64,000 bases of DNA from Terriglobales bacterium (GCA_045807945.1 JBJMGI010000092.1:22028-86027); one strand, 5' to 3'; positions 1 to 9,871 are shown, numbered from the stretch's first letter. The notes: generated by a model from the letters alone, not told the origin. Translations and numbers: made by a program.

Positions 1-1
1 G

Positions 2-247
2 CCGGGAGAGGGAATCGTTACCACCTATCCGTACGGGACATATGCCGCCGTCTGGGGAACTTCGTTCAGCGCTCCAATGGTTGCGGGTACGGCCGCACTG
101 TTGGATGGCGTTTCCAGCTCCTCCAACGAGTCAACATCTGAGACCTCGATCAGCAATGCCAAGAACCTTGGGCCTGCGCTCAACCACGGCCGGCTCGACA
201 CGTATCAGGCCATGCAGGCCTGGCGCACGCGGTTGGGATTGAAGTAG
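2..247 (+). CDS. S8 (subtilisin-like) serine peptidase, C-terminal fragment (5' end outside window)
   Basis: Frame 2 is open from the window edge to TAG at 245-247. The translation contains GTSFSAPMVAGTAALL, the catalytic-Ser motif (GTSxxxPxVAG) of S8 peptidases. Confidence 0.75.
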   Translation, partial: PGEGIVTTYPYGTYAAVWGTSFSAPMVAGTAALLDGVSSSSNESTSETSISNAKNLGPALNHGRLDTYQAMQAWRTRLGLK

Positions 248-251
248 CTGC

Positions 252-953
252 ATGAGCACGATGATCACTCCATCGGTGAGCGACCTGTCGGGCTTTGGCG
301 GCTTCGCGACCGACCTGCGCGTCAAGGAACTCGAGCAGCAGGTTCTCTCCATGCGCACCGCGGTGATCTGCGGTTTCAACCAGTTGCTCGACCTCAAAGA
401 TCTGAACACCGGTGTGCACAGCACGCGCCTCGCAGAGTGGGCGGTGCGCGTCGCGGAGGGACTGGGCATAGATGAATCCGTCCTGCGAGATGTAGAAGCG
501 GCCGCGATCCTCCATGACATCGGCAAGATCGGCGTGCCGGATGCGATCTTGCATAAGCCTGGCAAGCTCACCGACGAAGAGCGCCAGATCATCAATAAGC
601 ATCCCGAGTATGGGTGGGCCATTCAGCGGATCATCCCCGGCCTCGAGCGCACCAGCTTGTTCACTCTTCATCATCACGAAAACTTTGATGGAACCGGTTA
701 TCCGGGCCGATTGAAAGGCTGCGATACACCTGTTGGTTCGCGAATTGTGGCTGTCATCGATGCCTTCGATGCCATGGTGTCCAATCGCCCATATCGCAAA
801 GGTCTTCCCGTTGAGGAAGCCATCCGACGGCTGATCGCGGACAGCGGGACTCAGTTCGACCCCGAAGTTGTGCGGTGCTTCATCAACATCGCAGAACCCG
901 AAGTAGCGGATGTTTTTGCGGCGACGGGTACTTCGATGTCCGTCGTCCTCTGA
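252..953 (+). CDS. HD-GYP domain phosphodiesterase (c-di-GMP signalling)
   Basis: 233-aa ORF with an HD motif (AAILHDIGKIGVP) and HHENFDGTGYPGRL, the HD-GYP signature. No receiver domain. Confidence 0.85.
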   Translation: MSTMITPSVSDLSGFGGFATDLRVKELEQQVLSMRTAVICGFNQLLDLKDLNTGVHSTRLAEWAVRVAEGLGIDESVLRDVEAAAILHDIGKIGVPDAILHKPGKLTDEERQIINKHPEYGWAIQRIIPGLERTSLFTLHHHENFDGTGYPGRLKGCDTPVGSRIVAVIDAFDAMVSNRPYRKGLPVEEAIRRLIADSGTQFDPEVVRCFINIAEPEVADVFAATGTSMSVVL

Positions 954-1102
954 GTTCGTCTCCGTTGGATACTGCCCCCTTCGCTTCCGGTCGCAACTAG
1001 GCAATTCTGCTCACAACAGCCCCCGCTATCAATTTGCCTCTCAAAGAGATTTCGTTCGCTCTGCGCGTGAGCACTGGAGTACGATGGCGCTCATAACCCC
1101 TT

Positions 1103-1654
1103 ATGAGATCCCCGTACGGGCTCGACATTATCGAGAGCTGCCTTACGTGCAATGAGCGCGACCACTATCTTTTTTGCAACTTGTCGGCTTCCGCGTTGCG
1201 CAGCTTAGAGGAGATCAAATCCATTGCGACTTATCCTAAGGGGGCGGTGCTTTTCCTGGAAGGGCAAGAGCCGCGCGGAGTTTTCATTCTTTGCCATGGG
1301 CGTGTCAAGCTCTCGACCAGCTCCTCAGATGGGAAGACAGTGATCCTTCGGATCGCCGAGGCCGGTGAAGTTCTGGGGTTGGGGGCGTCGGTCGCGGGCC
1401 ATCCCTACGACACCAGCGCAGAATTGCTGGAACCGGCGCAGGCAAATTTTGTCGATCGCAAGGACCTGCTCAACTTCCTCGAGAAGCATGGGGACGCAGC
1501 GCTTCGGGTGGCACAGCGCCTCAGCAGGGATTATCACTCCGCTTGCCGCGAGGTGCGCTCACTCGGGCTTTCGCAATCCGCTGCAGAGAAACTGGCGCGT
1601 TTGATGCTGGAATGGTCCACAACGCCCGGAGAACACGTCCGGCCGAGCTCATGA
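1103..1654 (+). CDS. Crp/Fnr-like cyclic-nucleotide-binding protein, apparently lacking the C-terminal HTH (possible frameshift)
   Basis: 183 aa with a cNMP-binding beta-barrel pattern (GAVLFLEGQEPRGVFILCHGRVKL...GEVLGL) followed by a dimerisation helix. The ORF stops where the HTH should begin. An overlapping frame (1543..1929) stays open for about 90 more codons. Confidence 0.6.
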   Translation: MRSPYGLDIIESCLTCNERDHYLFCNLSASALRSLEEIKSIATYPKGAVLFLEGQEPRGVFILCHGRVKLSTSSSDGKTVILRIAEAGEVLGLGASVAGHPYDTSAELLEPAQANFVDRKDLLNFLEKHGDAALRVAQRLSRDYHSACREVRSLGLSQSAAEKLARLMLEWSTTPGEHVRPSS

Positions 1655-2007
1655 ACTTCGGCGAATCGAGCAAGCCGCATCCTTGCCCAGAATGTGCGCT
1701 GGTGCAACTGGTGCCCGAAGCGCGGCGAAAAGAAAGCCGCCCATGCCGCTTCATCCAACTGAACTCCGACGGTGTGACGATTGAAGACTTTTACCGCACC
1801 GGAACACAACGAGAGCTGGAATGGAACCTGATGGTCTGGTTGCGAAAAACCGTCCGCCAACTGGATGATGAGCGGCATAAGCTCGGTGACAGCAAGCGAG
1901 ATCGCGAGCCATCAAAACGCGGTAAGTAAATGTAGTGACCTTAAACACTTATCTATAAGAGTTCCAGTGATAGCTGAAGTGTGATCCTGGTTGATCCAGG
2001 CCAGATA

Positions 2008-3429
2008 CTATTGCGCGTGCAAGACGAGAGTCGCCACGCATCCCAAACGGTCACTTCTGTTTTCCAGGGTCAAAGTGCCGCCGTGGGCTTCGGCGATCTG
2101 CCGGCTAAGAGCCAGACCAATGCCGCTTCCTTGAGGTTTGGTCGTAAAAAAGGGAACAAACAGGTTCGCGGAGTTGGTGATCCCCTCTCCTTCGTCGCGC
2201 ACGTACATCTTGACCTTCTGGTCCGCAACCTCCCAGCCGAGCTCGACCTTGCCGCGAGTCGCAAGGCTTGCATCGATGGCGTTCTTCACCAGGTTGATGA
2301 GCAGCTGCTCGAGTTGCTCGCGATCAGCCTGCAGTTGCGCATCCGGCCCCGCGATCATTTCCACCGGAAGCCGCCCATCGGCAGCAGCCGCATGCGTAAC
2401 AAGCTCGCGCACATCGATATTCTTCTTCGTCGGCGAGGGGAGTCGCGCCAACCGTGTGTAGCCCTGCATGAATCGCGCCAGTGAATCGGAACGGGCGATT
2501 ATCACGTCGAGGCCGCGCATCACGTCCGACTTCCAATCCGCAGGAAGCTCCTGACGCTCGGTCACGGAACGCAACGTTCCCGCGATCGATTTTATCGGCG
2601 CGAGCGAATTATTGAGCTCATGCCCAAGCACGCGCGTGATGCGTTGCCATGCTTCACGTTCTTCGGTGCGCAGTGCGCGGCTAACATCGGAAACGAAAAG
2701 GAGCGTGTGTGGCACTCCGCGCTCGCGGAAAGCTCTGGTGTGGATCTGCCATCGCCCCTCGCGCCCTCCAAAGTTCGCCTGCACATCGCTCAGGTCGGCG
2801 GACTTCAGATACTCCTGTAGTCCCAGCTCGCCCGCAGATTGCCCGACCATGGCCTCGGAAGGTTGCGCCAGTAATTGCTCGCCCGCGCGGTTCACCATGC
2901 GCAGATGACCGGAGAGGTCAAAAATAAAGATTGCTACGTCGATCTCGGTCATGACCTGCTTCATCAGAGCGCTGGCTTCAATGTCGCGGTCCTGCCGTTC
3001 GCGAAGTGCTTGAGCGAGTGCGTTCGTCTCTAATACCAGCTCGCCCAGCGCGTCATGGTGTCCGCCACCGCGCGCCTTCACGGAATAATCTTCCTCGCGG
3101 ATCGCAGACAGCATGTTGGAGAGAGTCTGCAGCGGACGGAGGACAAGGTTTCTCAGGCTGATGGACGCCACAATCGCTAGTACAACGACGACGATCAGGA
3201 TGGTCCAGCGGGTCAGGGCTGCGAGGTCAGTCTGCCACAGCAGCACGGCGGCAAGTACAAAAGAGGGAAGAGTGATCAGCAGTGCTCGCGCCAGTACCCG
3301 GTGTTCGAAGCTTAACCCGCGTCTTGCCTGGCGCAGCGCATCGCTCGGCTGCGACACGCGTTCAGAGCCCATACTTCTCGATGCGCCGGTAGAGGCTTCC
3401 GCGGCTGAGCCCGAGGGTCTCTGCTGCAT
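2008..3429 (-). CDS. Sensor histidine kinase (TM-HAMP-PAS-HisKA-HATPase, NtrY/AtoS-like)
   Basis: H-box GHELNNSLAPIKSIAG, N-box LINLVKNAIDA, G-boxes DEGEGI / GSGIGLALS, and two N-terminal hydrophobic segments. An alternative start at 3372 (MGSERV) would overlap the upstream gene by only 11 nt. Confidence 0.85.
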   Translation of the reverse strand: MQQRPSGSAAEASTGASRSMGSERVSQPSDALRQARRGLSFEHRVLARALLITLPSFVLAAVLLWQTDLAALTRWTILIVVVVLAIVASISLRNLVLRPLQTLSNMLSAIREEDYSVKARGGGHHDALGELVLETNALAQALRERQDRDIEASALMKQVMTEIDVAIFIFDLSGHLRMVNRAGEQLLAQPSEAMVGQSAGELGLQEYLKSADLSDVQANFGGREGRWQIHTRAFRERGVPHTLLFVSDVSRALRTEEREAWQRITRVLGHELNNSLAPIKSIAGTLRSVTERQELPADWKSDVMRGLDVIIARSDSLARFMQGYTRLARLPSPTKKNIDVRELVTHAAAADGRLPVEMIAGPDAQLQADREQLEQLLINLVKNAIDASLATRGKVELGWEVADQKVKMYVRDEGEGITNSANLFVPFFTTKPQGSGIGLALSRQIAEAHGGTLTLENRSDRLGCVATLVLHAQ

Positions 3430-4732
3430 GGCTAACGTTGCCTCCGTGTCGCGAGAGCGCCTTGCGTATCAGCAGCGATTCTACTTCTTCCAGGCTCATC
3501 TCTTCGATGGGTTTGGTCCCATTTCGCGATTGCAGAGAGAGATCTTCCGGCCGGATGTTCTCGCCCGTGCTCATAAGAACCGCGCGCTCCACCGCGTGGT
3601 CCAGCTCGCGAACATTTCCTGGCCATGGATAGTCGAGCAGGTTTTTCAGCCCTGAGGGATCGAAGCCACTCACCGGCTTGCGGTACCGCTGCGCATATTC
3701 TTTTAGAAAGTGCGCCGCGAGAAGAGGTATGTCTTCCTTGCGCTCACGCAGTGGAGGAAGATGAACTTCAATGGTGTTCAGCCGGAACAAAAGGTCGGCA
3801 CGGAAGCGCCCCGAGTCCACCTCTGACTTCAACTCCGCATTCGTCGCCGAGAGCACTCGTACATTCACTTGCTTCGTACGCGACGAACCTACCCTCTCAA
3901 GCTCACCGCTCTCCAATACGCGCAGCAGTTTCGCCTGCTGCTTCATCGGAACATTTGCGATCTCGTCGAGGAACAGCGTGCCTCCATCGGCAAGCTCCCA
4001 TCGGCCAATGCGGTCCGTGCGAGCGTCGGTGAACGCGCCCTTCACGTGGCCGAAGACTTCGCTCTCGAAGGTCCCTTCGGAGAGCGCACCCGTATTTACC
4101 GTCACAAGTGGCTTGGACGCTCGCGCCGACAAGGCATGGAGCGTCTTGGCCACCACCTCTTTGCCTGTTCCGTGCTCGCCAGTAATAAGGATATTGGCGT
4201 CGGACGGCCCCACCCGGCTGATCAGCTCCAGCACTGGCCGCATTGCACGCGACTCGGCGATGAATGTTGGAAGCCCCTGGGCGCGGAGCAGTCTGTTCTC
4301 GGCCTCAAGCCGTCGTGCACGTCGCAAGCTACGGCTCAGCTCGACCTGCGTGCGCAGCACCGCGAGGAGCCGCTGGTTCTCCCACGGCTTCTGGATAAAA
4401 TCTCGCGCACCGCGCAGCATCGCCTGTACCGCAAGGTCAACGTTGGCCCATGCCGTCATTACGATCACCGGCAGGTCGCTGTCGATCGAACGAATAGATG
4501 AAAGAAGGTCGAGCCCTTCGTGCCCTGAAGTTGTGTCGCGGGTGTAATTAAGGTCGATGAGAGCTACGTCGAAATCGGCAGTCTGCATCGCTTCAATTGC
4601 CGCAGCGGGCGAAGAGACGATCTCACCTTGCATCTTTTCTGCCTTGATGAGCAGGCGCAGAGCTTCCCGGATGTCGGCCTGATCGTCGGCGACCAGGATG
4701 CGTGGAGCATCGGCTTGCTGTGCTGCTTCCAT
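3362..4732 (-). CDS. Sigma-54-dependent response regulator (REC - AAA+ - Fis-type HTH; NtrC family EBP)
   Basis: REC domain (ILVADDQ...IDLNY...), Walker A GEHGTGKE, ESEVFGH, GAFTDA (a variant of GAFTGA), Walker B TLFLDEI, PGNVREL, and C-terminal HTH AAETLGLSRGSLYRRIEKYGL. Confidence 0.9.
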   Translation of the reverse strand: MEAAQQADAPRILVADDQADIREALRLLIKAEKMQGEIVSSPAAAIEAMQTADFDVALIDLNYTRDTTSGHEGLDLLSSIRSIDSDLPVIVMTAWANVDLAVQAMLRGARDFIQKPWENQRLLAVLRTQVELSRSLRRARRLEAENRLLRAQGLPTFIAESRAMRPVLELISRVGPSDANILITGEHGTGKEVVAKTLHALSARASKPLVTVNTGALSEGTFESEVFGHVKGAFTDARTDRIGRWELADGGTLFLDEIANVPMKQQAKLLRVLESGELERVGSSRTKQVNVRVLSATNAELKSEVDSGRFRADLLFRLNTIEVHLPPLRERKEDIPLLAAHFLKEYAQRYRKPVSGFDPSGLKNLLDYPWPGNVRELDHAVERAVLMSTGENIRPEDLSLQSRNGTKPIEEMSLEEVESLLIRKALSRHGGNVSHAAETLGLSRGSLYRRIEKYGL

Positions 4733-4740
4733 GAATACCG

Positions 4741-6651
4741 TTATTGTGTTTTGCTCGGCACCACATCCTGCGCCTTCGGCATCTGGTGCAGCTCGCCGAC
4801 TTCTGCGTCCCGCATACTGATGTTCAGACGGTCCAGTGTGGCGCCGATAGAGCGGTCAAGCTCTACTCTCGACTTCTCATAGATAGTACTCGCAGCCACG
4901 AGGTTCGATTCAGCGACCGCGAGGTCGCGCCCGGCGACCAGCACCTGAGCACTGGTGGAAGCACCCAGGTCGAGCTTCTTCTGCTCAATCTCAAAACTCT
5001 TTTGCGCCAGGTCGCGCGCCTTCTGCGCGGCGAGGACTCGTGCCCGATTCTGTTTTACGGAGAACATCGCGTTCCTGACTTCGATCACGATTTGGTTCTT
5101 GAGCTGCTGGATACGTAGCTCGGCTTGCCGGTATTCCAGCTCCGAGCGCACTTGGTCGGCCTGCGCCGCGCGATTCCGCAAGGGGATATTCAAGTTCACC
5201 CCTATCGAATAGTCGGGCGAGGAATTGTTGAAGGTTCGTTGCAGAACGTCAGGGAAGCCGGTTGTCGCCAGCGGGGGTTCACCTTGAGCAAGCACGGCCG
5301 GATTCTGCACACCTGCTATACCCGAGCCGCCATAGAAACCAACTAGGTCCATTGTCGGCAGCAATGCATTCCTCGCTGCCTTCTTGGTGACTTGCCGGTT
5401 CTTGAGGTCCACGACTGCCTGGTACATTTCAGGCCGCTTGTCTACAGCTTCGTTGATAAGGTCCTGTACGGGACGCACGGGCTCACTCTCGGGCATGGAC
5501 ATCGTGTCCGTCGGCAGGACTTGAGTATCTGCCAAAGCAGTTTCCGCGAGAGTGCGGCTGATCGCGTTCTTCATAAGCAATTGCTGCAACTCGAAATTGC
5601 TCTCTGCCGTGATCAGCTCCTGGTTCCGCCCCTCGACTTCGGCTTCCGCGCGTAGAACTTCGATCGGCGCCATCGCCTGCAATTGCACCTGCTTGCGATT
5701 GTCTTCCAACGTTTTCTGCGCAAGCGTGAGCGAGCGTTCTTTAACCTTGGCGTCTTCGAATGCATTCACCAAGTCCCAATAGATGTTTTGGATCTGTGTG
5801 ACGGTTGCGATCACCTGGTTGCGAAAGCCGGCGTCCGCAATATTCTTGTTGTTCTTCGCGATCACTATGAAGCGGCGATTTGGGCCGAATCCGAAACCCG
5901 AGAGCAGTCTCTGCCGAAGTTCGAATTGCCCAGCCGAGTTCAATAGGGGGTTAAGCGAGGTAAACACGCTGCTGCTCGTCTGCCGCGAGTTGTTGAATCC
6001 GAAGGAGAGGCTTGTGCCGCTCGTGAACGCTTGCGTGTAAAGAAAATTTGCCGTCGCGGTGTTCTCCTGTAATTGCGCCGTGCCCGTCGTCACCGTGTTC
6101 GCTAGCGGAAAAGCGGCGTGCTCGATGCTCAAGTTGCCATTGATGGCGGGATCGAATGATTCCACCGCAGCACCTGTGCCGATGGTGGACTGCACCAGGC
6201 CCGAAGCTCCGGAACCGGCTCCGCCGGCCCCTCCACTCGTTCCGCCCGCTCCCGCCCCGGGAGCGTCGCTACCGAATCCGCCTACACCGCCGCCGGGAGT
6301 GCCTTGCACCAGTCCGCTCGCCACGCCGCGTGCGGAAGCGCCCGCTTTGGTTCTTAAAATGTCTGTGTCCGCGATCTGCAGGTTGTAACGCGAGATGGCG
6401 AGGTCCAGATTGTTCTCGAGCGCGAGCGCGATCGCGTCATCGAGCGAAAGCATCAGCTTCCCGTCTTTTATCAGATCCGCAAGCCGGGTCGAATTTGCCA
6501 GTGAGGCTGCCGGGACCGACCGGCCGATGTACGGTCCCACGGGATTGGGAAAGTAACCACGCGGCTTTCCATAATCAACGTTTGTTTGCTGCGGAAATGC
6601 AGTTGTAGCAAGCAGCAGTAGGATCACCAAACTCTTCCAAGAAGGGATCAT
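4741..6651 (-). CDS. TolC-family outer membrane efflux protein
   Basis: 636 aa with a signal peptide and two OEP repeats with the typical LSLDDAIALALENNLDL start motif. Its start overlaps the stop of the upstream ATPase gene (ATGA). Confidence 0.85.
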   Translation of the reverse strand: MIPSWKSLVILLLLATTAFPQQTNVDYGKPRGYFPNPVGPYIGRSVPAASLANSTRLADLIKDGKLMLSLDDAIALALENNLDLAISRYNLQIADTDILRTKAGASARGVASGLVQGTPGGGVGGFGSDAPGAGAGGTSGGAGGAGSGASGLVQSTIGTGAAVESFDPAINGNLSIEHAAFPLANTVTTGTAQLQENTATANFLYTQAFTSGTSLSFGFNNSRQTSSSVFTSLNPLLNSAGQFELRQRLLSGFGFGPNRRFIVIAKNNKNIADAGFRNQVIATVTQIQNIYWDLVNAFEDAKVKERSLTLAQKTLEDNRKQVQLQAMAPIEVLRAEAEVEGRNQELITAESNFELQQLLMKNAISRTLAETALADTQVLPTDTMSMPESEPVRPVQDLINEAVDKRPEMYQAVVDLKNRQVTKKAARNALLPTMDLVGFYGGSGIAGVQNPAVLAQGEPPLATTGFPDVLQRTFNNSSPDYSIGVNLNIPLRNRAAQADQVRSELEYRQAELRIQQLKNQIVIEVRNAMFSVKQNRARVLAAQKARDLAQKSFEIEQKKLDLGASTSAQVLVAGRDLAVAESNLVAASTIYEKSRVELDRSIGATLDRLNISMRDAEVGELHQMPKAQDVVPSKTQ

Positions 6652-7355
6652 CGAACTCCAGTTCCTGACACTTGCGAATTCGCGGTGTCGAAATCCAACC
6701 AGCCATCCAGCAATTTCACGATTCGACTCCCGTAAGCCGCATTCGCTTCCGAATGGCTCACCTGGACAATGGTCGTACCTTCACGGTTAAGCTGTTGAAA
6801 CAGTTCCATGATGGTTCTTGCCTGGTCGGAATGCAGATTACCGGTCGGCTCGTCTGCCAGCAGAAGTTTGGGATCGTTCACCACAGCGCGTGCGACGCCC
6901 ACGAGTTGCTGCTGTCCCCCCGAGAGCTGCGGAGGATAAAGGTCTTTTTTCCCGACAATGTGGAAGCGGTCGAGGATGTCGGCTACCTTGGCGGCTCGGT
7001 CGGAACGCTTGATGTCCTTATAGGAAAGCGGCAGGTCGATGTTCTCTGCGACGGTCAGATTGTCGAGCAGGTGGTAGCTCTGGAAAACAAATCCAATGTT
7101 CTTTTTGCTGAGCTCAACACGTTCCTTGCGGTTCAGTTTCTGGACGGGCTGCCCGTCGAAGATATATTCGCCTTCCCAGCTGTCATCGAGCATGCCCAGA
7201 ATGCTGAGCAGGCTCGTCTTGCCGGCGCCGCTCGGCCCCATTACAGTCACAAACTCGCCTGGTTCGATGGACAAGTTAATGCGACGCAGTACGAACGTCT
7301 CGCCCGCGGGGATCTTGTAACTCTTTTGTAGGTTCTTAAGTTCGATCATGGTCAT
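6648..7355 (-). CDS. ABC transporter ATP-binding protein (MacB/LolD type)
   Basis: Walker A GPSGAGKT, signature LSGGQQQ, Walker B LLLADEPTGNL, H-loop VSH. Start chosen at MTMIELKNL (7355); its ATG overlaps the TGA of the upstream permease (ATGA). Confidence 0.9.
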   Translation of the reverse strand: MTMIELKNLQKSYKIPAGETFVLRRINLSIEPGEFVTVMGPSGAGKTSLLSILGMLDDSWEGEYIFDGQPVQKLNRKERVELSKKNIGFVFQSYHLLDNLTVAENIDLPLSYKDIKRSDRAAKVADILDRFHIVGKKDLYPPQLSGGQQQLVGVARAVVNDPKLLLADEPTGNLHSDQARTIMELFQQLNREGTTIVQVSHSEANAAYGSRIVKLLDGWLDFDTANSQVSGTGVR

Positions 7356-9871
7356 TCGTAGCGCAGCGCCACCATGGGATCTACTTTCGTCGCGCGTCGA
7401 GCGGGGATCATGCTGGCCAAGACCCCGACCGCCGCCAGGATTGCGACGACGACAACAAGCGAAAGCGGGTCGGTATTCTGCAATCCGAATAACATGCTGT
7501 TGATCAGGCGCGTGCACAGAATCGCCAGCGGAACGCCGATACAGATCCCCACTCCGACAAGCAGCATCGACTCGCGCATCACTAGAGTGAGCACGTTTCC
7601 CCGCTGCGCGCCCAACGCCATGCGCACCCCGATCTCGCGTGTGCGGCCGGCGACTGTGTACGCCATCACCCCATACAGGCCTATGCAGGCCAACGCAAGC
7701 GCGAGAGCCCCAAAAAAAGTGGAGAGCTTGGCGATTGTGATTTCGTTGCTGATCGTCGAATCGACCAAGTAATCCATTGTCTTGATGCTGCTGATCGGCA
7801 GACCCGAGTTGAACGACTTGATCTCAGCCCGCGCGGTTTCCGTCATAGCATCAGGATTCACGGCTGTTCTGATGGCTATTTGCATCAGTCCAAGAGCTTC
7901 GTCCGTCTGCGAGATGGGTCGATAAAACATTGGCGGGATCGGCTTCTCGAGGCTTTGATGGCGCACATCGCGAACCACACCAACTATCTGCATTGGTTTA
8001 TCGACATACTTCGGATCGTCGATTGCGAAGTGGCGACCCATCGGGTCCTGTCCATGAAAGAAAAAGTTCACGAACTGCTGGTTAACCACGGCCACTCGGG
8101 TTGAGCTTGCAGTGTCTTGGGCGCCGAACTCGCGGCCCTCTATAACCGGGATGCTGAGTGCGGAAAAGAATCCCGGGCTGATTTTGTCCCACGATGCCTG
8201 CTTCTGGTCCTCATTGGCGGGGACAAAGTTTTCCACGTTGATGCTGCTGTCGCTATCAGAGCCGGAAAAGAGGCCTGACTCCGAAATTGCGACTTGCTTC
8301 ACTCCGGGCATTCTTTCCAGCCGTCTTTGCAGCTCATCAGCGACTTGGGTTGAAGCGGCGGGCGTCTCATAGCCGGCAGTGATCGGGTCCACGCGTACCA
8401 GCAACAAGTGGTCGCGGCTAAACCCTAACTGCACGTTTTCCAGATTTTTTAGGCTGCGGATCAGGAGACCGGCGGCGAACAGCACCAGCACAGAAAGAGC
8501 AACCTGTGCCGCCACGAGAAGCTTGCCCCATTGGAAACCACCGCGCGTTCCTGATTCGCCGGCGCTAACGCCGCCTTTGAGTGCCGAGTTCACATCAACT
8601 TTAAGAGATCGTAAAGCCGGCACCAATCCAAACAGGATGCCCGTCAGCAGGCATACGCTTGCGGTGAAGGCGAGCACGCGAAGATCGGGCGTGATCTGCA
8701 ATCCCGTACTTGCCACTGTGACTCCGAAGAGCCGCAGGAGGAGCTGTGTTCCCCAGAATGCGAACAAAAGTCCCAAACCTCCACCCAGGAAAGCCAGCAA
8801 CACGCTCTCGGTCAGTAGTTGCGAGACCACGCGCGACGGCTTGGCGCCGATCGCGAGCCGCACCGCCATCTCTCGTTGTCGTACCTTCGCGCGGGCGAGC
8901 AAAAGGTTGGCGACATTCACGCACGCTATAAGCAGCACCAGTCCCACGATCCCCATCAGGAGCATCAATGGCTTTGCAAAGCTGCCGCGCAGTACGGACA
9001 TTCCCCGTGCCCCGGGGACGACATCAATCGGGTGTTTCTTCACTTCGACCAGATCGTTCTGTCGAAGCCGCGCGCCGAATGATCCATTCAATGCTTGTTG
9101 CAGCACAACGTTCAAATTTGCCTTTGCTTGTGAAACCGAGACACCAGGCTTGAGCCGTGCCATCAGCGTGAGCCAAGAAGATTCAGGATCGTCGAGCCAC
9201 TTGCGACCGCGGAGCACCTGCGATTGCATCATCATGGGGATCCAAACTTCCTGAACGTCTCCGACGACTTGCCCGTGGAACCCCGGCGGCGCCACTCCGA
9301 CGACCGTGAGCGGGTACTCGTTGAAGCGAAGTGTAGTACCCACGATGCTCGGGTCTGAGTTGAAGCGGCTGCGGAACATGGAGTAGCTGATGACCGCGAT
9401 CGGGTGTCCTCCTTCAACTTTGTCGTCGTCGGGCGTCAGGGTCCTTCCTATGTACGGGTTTACACCAAGCAGCGAGAAGTAATTCCCAGTGACTAGCGAA
9501 CCCACCACTTCGTCGGAAATGCTCTTTCCAGATGCATCCGCGGTGCGGACTCGATGTATTTCCCCCGCAGCGAGCACATCTTCAAAGACGTTGTTGTGGT
9601 CGCGGATCTCCTTGTAGAGCGGGTAAGAGAAGATGTCCGTCTGCGGAGTGCCATGGGAACGGTTGTGCGCCAGCGTCGGATCGCCGATCACCACCAGCCG
9701 CTGCACGTCGCGCACCGGCAGCATCTTCAGGATGACTGCGTTGATCAGTGTGAAGATGGCGGTGTTCGCGCCGATGCCCAGAGCCAAGGTGAGCACGGCT
9801 ACGGTCGTGAAGCCGGGCGACTTGGCTAACATTCTGAATGCGTAGCGGACGTCTTGCAGGATCGATTCCAT
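7352..9871 (-). CDS. ADOP-type duplicated MacB/FtsX permease (839 aa, no NBD)
   Basis: N-terminus LQDVRYAFRMLAKSPGFTTVAVLTLALGIGANTAIF. Two MacB-periplasmic-domain plus FtsX modules. C-terminus PARRATKVDPMVALRYE. Its ATG directly follows the TAA of the preceding gene. Confidence 0.85.
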   Translation of the reverse strand: MESILQDVRYAFRMLAKSPGFTTVAVLTLALGIGANTAIFTLINAVILKMLPVRDVQRLVVIGDPTLAHNRSHGTPQTDIFSYPLYKEIRDHNNVFEDVLAAGEIHRVRTADASGKSISDEVVGSLVTGNYFSLLGVNPYIGRTLTPDDDKVEGGHPIAVISYSMFRSRFNSDPSIVGTTLRFNEYPLTVVGVAPPGFHGQVVGDVQEVWIPMMMQSQVLRGRKWLDDPESSWLTLMARLKPGVSVSQAKANLNVVLQQALNGSFGARLRQNDLVEVKKHPIDVVPGARGMSVLRGSFAKPLMLLMGIVGLVLLIACVNVANLLLARAKVRQREMAVRLAIGAKPSRVVSQLLTESVLLAFLGGGLGLLFAFWGTQLLLRLFGVTVASTGLQITPDLRVLAFTASVCLLTGILFGLVPALRSLKVDVNSALKGGVSAGESGTRGGFQWGKLLVAAQVALSVLVLFAAGLLIRSLKNLENVQLGFSRDHLLLVRVDPITAGYETPAASTQVADELQRRLERMPGVKQVAISESGLFSGSDSDSSINVENFVPANEDQKQASWDKISPGFFSALSIPVIEGREFGAQDTASSTRVAVVNQQFVNFFFHGQDPMGRHFAIDDPKYVDKPMQIVGVVRDVRHQSLEKPIPPMFYRPISQTDEALGLMQIAIRTAVNPDAMTETARAEIKSFNSGLPISSIKTMDYLVDSTISNEITIAKLSTFFGALALALACIGLYGVMAYTVAGRTREIGVRMALGAQRGNVLTLVMRESMLLVGVGICIGVPLAILCTRLINSMLFGLQNTDPLSLVVVVAILAAVGVLASMIPARRATKVDPMVALRYE

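Noticed and set aside
1543-1929. A 128-aa ORF considered as an independent gene.
   Set aside because: Its first 37 codons overlap the Crp-like gene out of frame, and it has no SD or independent motif. It is better explained as the displaced C-terminal frame of the Crp-like gene (see findings).
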